The position numbers and the translations under genes are program-made. Shown piece by piece: positions 13,753 through 16,570 of a stretch of DNA of 16,570 bases. Source of the stretch: Deltaproteobacteria bacterium (lineage in GTDB: Bacteria > Myxococcota_A > UBA9160 > SMWR01); NCBI GenBank assembly GCA_032128375.1, contig JAQBGU010000223.1:1-16570 (forward strand). Reading direction: 5' to 3'. Every line of letters begins with the position of its first letter. Positions within the stretch are counted from its first letter, which is position 1. The notes under the pieces were generated by a model. The model was not told where the DNA came from. It ran no database searches and was given only the letters and a program-made list of their open reading frames with translations.

Positions 13753-15435
13753 CTAGGAGCGCTCCCTGGGCCGTTCAACGAGGCTGCGCGCGTGCGATAC
13801 GGCATCGGCAAAATTCGCAAACAGGTGATCCTCGCCGAGCCGCTCGATCGCACCGCTCCGCTCCAGCGCGGCGAGGGGTTGAGCGTGGAGACCCGAAATC
13901 AGGAGACTGGCTCCGCGGTGCTGCAGACGGGCTGCGACCTCTTCGAGTGCGTGGAGGCCAGTCGCGTCGATCGCTAGGACATGTCTCATCCGCAGAATGA
14001 CGACCGCCGGCGCACCGTGACTGGCCAGCAGCGTTTCAGTGAACTTGCTGGCGGCACCGAAGCAAAAGGAGCCATTGATCTCGAAGACTTCAACGTCGGC
14101 AGGGATCTCCGCAGCGCCATTCTCGAGCAAGTCGACCATGCCGTAATCAATGATGTCCCGGATCGGTTTCACCTGCGTTACTTCCGCCATACGCCGTATG
14201 AATAGAAGCGACGCCAGAACTACCCCGACCTGAATGCCAACGGTCAGATTGATGACTACGGTCAACAAGAACGTGGTGAGTAGCACGAGTACGTCGCTAC
14301 GCGGCCCACGCAGTAGCCTGACAAAAACGTGCCATTCGCTCATGTTGTAGGCGACCACCATGAGAATTCCAGCCATCGTGGCCATGGGGATCAGAGACGC
14401 CCACCTGCCGGCGACTACCAGGATGACCAGCAGAGTCGCAGCGTGAACGATTCCCGCGATGGGAGTTCGACCACCGTTTCGCACGTTCGTCGCAGTTCGC
14501 GCGATCGCACCGGTCGCCGGAATCCCACCGAACAAGGGGGAGGCCACGTTGGCGATTCCCTGCGCCAACAACTCGGCGTTCGAGCGGTGTCGGCCGCCGA
14601 TCAGACCATCGGCCACGACTGCGCTGAGGAGGGACTCGATCGCGGCGAGTAGAGCAATCGTAATTGCAGGAGAGACCAGATCGGGAACTTGGTTCCAGTC
14701 GACTTCTAGCATTTCGAACGATGGGAACGAGCTGGGTACATCGCCGAATCGAGTGTGGATCGTGTCGACGCTCAGACCGAAGCCGTGGACGATCACCGTT
14801 GTCGCGATGATCGCCACCATTGGGCTCGGTATGCGGCTCGTGACCTTTGGCCAGAGCTGAACGATCGCGATGGTGCAGAGAAAGGTCGCTGCTGCGCCCG
14901 GATTCAACGTACCGATGTTGTCCGCGTATGCGGTGAGCTTTGCCAGAAATTCCGCGGGCACAGCGTCGACTTCGAGCCCGAGCGCGTCGCCAACTTCCCC
15001 GATCGCGATGATGAGAGCAATGCCGGTCGTGAAGCCGACCGTGACTGGGTACGGCATGAAGCGAATAACGTCGCCGAATCGCGCGAGCGCCATAATCACC
15101 AGAAAGAAGCCTGCCATCACCGTCGCGACAGCAAGACCCTGGTATCCAAATTCTCCGACCACTCCGGCGACCAGCACAACGAATGCGCCGGTGGGCCCGC
15201 CAATCTGCACCCGGCTTCCACCGAATAGCGAGATCGCGAGACCCGCGATGATTGCGGTGTACAGGCCCTGCTCGGGTCGGACCCCGGAGGCAATCGCGAA
15301 GGCGATCGCTAGCGGGAACGCCACCACACCAACGACGATCCCAGCGAGCGCGTCTCGCGCGAGACCTTGCGCCGAGTATCCCTCGCGAATCGTTGTTACG
15401 AGCTTGGGTTCGAATTCCCGGGAAAAAGACCGCAT
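13753..15435 (-). CDS. SulP/SLC26 family anion permease with C-terminal STAS domain
   Basis: DALAGIVVGVVAFPLAIAFAIASG, QIGGPTGAF, AIESLLSAVVAD, PATGAIARTATN; STAS motifs INGSFCFGAA and IDATGLHAL. AGGGG RBS before ATG 15435. Confidence 0.95.
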   Translation of the reverse strand: MRSFSREFEPKLVTTIREGYSAQGLARDALAGIVVGVVAFPLAIAFAIASGVRPEQGLYTAIIAGLAISLFGGSRVQIGGPTGAFVVLVAGVVGEFGYQGLAVATVMAGFFLVIMALARFGDVIRFMPYPVTVGFTTGIALIIAIGEVGDALGLEVDAVPAEFLAKLTAYADNIGTLNPGAAATFLCTIAIVQLWPKVTSRIPSPMVAIIATTVIVHGFGLSVDTIHTRFGDVPSSFPSFEMLEVDWNQVPDLVSPAITIALLAAIESLLSAVVADGLIGGRHRSNAELLAQGIANVASPLFGGIPATGAIARTATNVRNGGRTPIAGIVHAATLLVILVVAGRWASLIPMATMAGILMVVAYNMSEWHVFVRLLRGPRSDVLVLLTTFLLTVVINLTVGIQVGVVLASLLFIRRMAEVTQVKPIRDIIDYGMVDLLENGAAEIPADVEVFEINGSFCFGAASKFTETLLASHGAPAVVILRMRHVLAIDATGLHALEEVAARLQHRGASLLISGLHAQPLAALERSGAIERLGEDHLFANFADAVSHARSLVERPRERS

Positions 15436-15547
15436 CGTCCCCTAGCGCGAATTCTTCAAGCGGCGCGAAGCGCCAGAATCGGACTGGTCTGACAGAACTC
15501 TGAGCTGTCGGAAATGGATTCCCCCGCTTGAATTCTGTGCCCCATTC

Positions 15548-15784
15548 TTGTTCCTCCATCTCCCGATGGTTCTCTCGGCGATCGCCGCCGGCTTGCGGAA
15601 CGAGCAGATCGTCACCGAGAATATCGCGCTACGCCATCAACTCTCGTGCTTGATTCACAGCAGGTCTCGGGCCAAATTGCGGCTCATGGACCGAGTCCGT
15701 TGGGTTTCACGTTCTCACTTCTGGGGGCGTTGGACGGAAGCTTCGGGGATGATGGTTTCGGCCATCGTCTTGGCTTGGCACCAT
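15548..15784 (+). pseudogene. Decayed N-terminal fragment of an IS transposase (integrase-core/rve type)
   Basis: ENIALRHQLSCL..R.KLRLMDRVRWVSRSHFWGRW...IVLAWHH resembles the recalled N-terminal pattern ENLALRQQLxVL..RPRL..DRxFWVxLSRxW..W...PETVxRWHR. No DDE domain follows. Confidence 0.7.
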
Positions 15785-15794
15785 TGCGATAGGG

Positions 15795-16570
15795 TCAGCC
15801 CCTCCAGATGCCCTCGCGAACCAGATCGTCCTGGGTCTGCTCGATGCTGTCGCGCAGGATCGAGACGAGCGAGTCGATCTGTTCGCGGCTCAGAATGAGC
15901 GGCGGCGAGAGCACGTTCAGGTGGCCGAGCGGGCGAACCAGCAGCCCACGCGCTTCGCAGTGGTCGGAGATGCGTTTGCCGATGTCGACTTCCTCAGGCA
16001 GCAGCGCCTTCGACTGCTTGTCGGCGACGTTCTCGACGCACAACATGAAGCGGCTGCCGCGCACGTCCCCGACGATCGGCAGATCCTTCAAGGTCGCCAG
16101 CTGCTCCTCGAAGTAGGGGCCGAGTTCGCGAACCCTGCTACACAGATCCTCAGTCTCCAGGATGTCGAGATTTGCGAGAGCCGCTGCGCAGCAGACCGGG
16201 TGGCCCGAGTAGGTGAAGCCGTGACTGAAGTACGGATTGCGCGGGTCGGATTCGCGGATCGCATCGTAGATGGCATCCGACACGAGCGTCGCGCCCAGCG
16301 GCGCGTAGCCCGAGGTCAAGCCCTTGGCACACGTGATGATGTCTGGCTCGATGCCGAACATCTCCTTCGACGCGAACATGTGTCCGAGCCGGCCAAATCC
16401 CGTCACGACCTCGTCGGACACGTAGAGCACACTGTGGCGACGACAGACCTCGAGCGTGCGCTCGTGATAGTCAGCCGGCGGGACGATCACGCCCCCTGCC
16501 CCGAGCACGGGCTCCGCAAAGAAGGCCGCCACGTTTTCGGGGCCCAGCCGCAGAATCGTATCCTCGAGCT
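15795..16570 (-). CDS. Class III PLP-dependent aminotransferase (omega-amine/polyamine type), 5' part outside the window
   Basis: The frame stays open to the window edge (LEDTILRLGPENVAAFFAEP). SDEVVTGFGRLG, PLP lysine in AKGLTSGYAPLG, HGFTYSGHP, VGDVRG, LSPPL. Confidence 0.95.
   Translation of the reverse strand, partial: LEDTILRLGPENVAAFFAEPVLGAGGVIVPPADYHERTLEVCRRHSVLYVSDEVVTGFGRLGHMFASKEMFGIEPDIITCAKGLTSGYAPLGATLVSDAIYDAIRESDPRNPYFSHGFTYSGHPVCCAAALANLDILETEDLCSRVRELGPYFEEQLATLKDLPIVGDVRGSRFMLCVENVADKQSKALLPEEVDIGKRISDHCEARGLLVRPLGHLNVLSPPLILSREQIDSLVSILRDSIEQTQDDLVREGIWRG

Noticed and set aside
15495..15540. c-di-AMP (ydaO) riboswitch, from minus-strand fragments CGGGGGAATCC and CCGACAGCT
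   Set aside because: The conserved central segment between those motifs is absent and the element is far too short.
14297..15559. Long alternative-frame and antisense ORFs (e.g. 14297..15559, 6363..7199, 1260..2060, 8825..9592)
   Set aside because: Arg/Pro/Ala-rich shadow ORFs overlapping well-supported genes, expected in high-GC DNA.
1..16570. CRISPR array, tRNA, rRNA, prophage or defence genes
   Set aside because: No regularly spaced repeats, cloverleaf or rRNA signatures, or phage or defence protein motifs were seen.

Overview
A GC-rich bacterial chromosomal window of mixed accessory and housekeeping genes. The gene style suggests Myxococcota or a related deltaproteobacterial lineage, which is inference only. 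From left to right it holds: the 3' end of an upstream CDS, a small lipoprotein, an MFS transporter, a GT-C (ArnT/PMT-like) glycosyltransferase, and a minus-strand run (lipase maturation factor homolog, ECF sigma, zinc anti-sigma, secreted trypsin-like serine protease). After that come an Ogt-type alkyl-DNA repair methyltransferase, a secreted FecR-domain protein, and a second minus-strand run (class III aminotransferase cut by the window edge, SulP transporter, stand-alone 7TM protein, phytoene-dehydrogenase-like flavoprotein, atypical ferritin-like diiron protein, lipoprotein). A decayed transposase fragment lies next to the aminotransferase. The strongest unexplained signal is a candidate ~200-nt structured small RNA on the minus strand at ~8281-8480. 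It has nested stems whose four wobble positions all read G-U only on the minus strand, a C-rich apical loop, and a strong terminal hairpin followed by UUUCU. Next most notable are the GPCR-topology 7TM protein and the diiron protein whose first ExxH motif is split by an insertion. No rRNA, tRNA or CRISPR array was seen.
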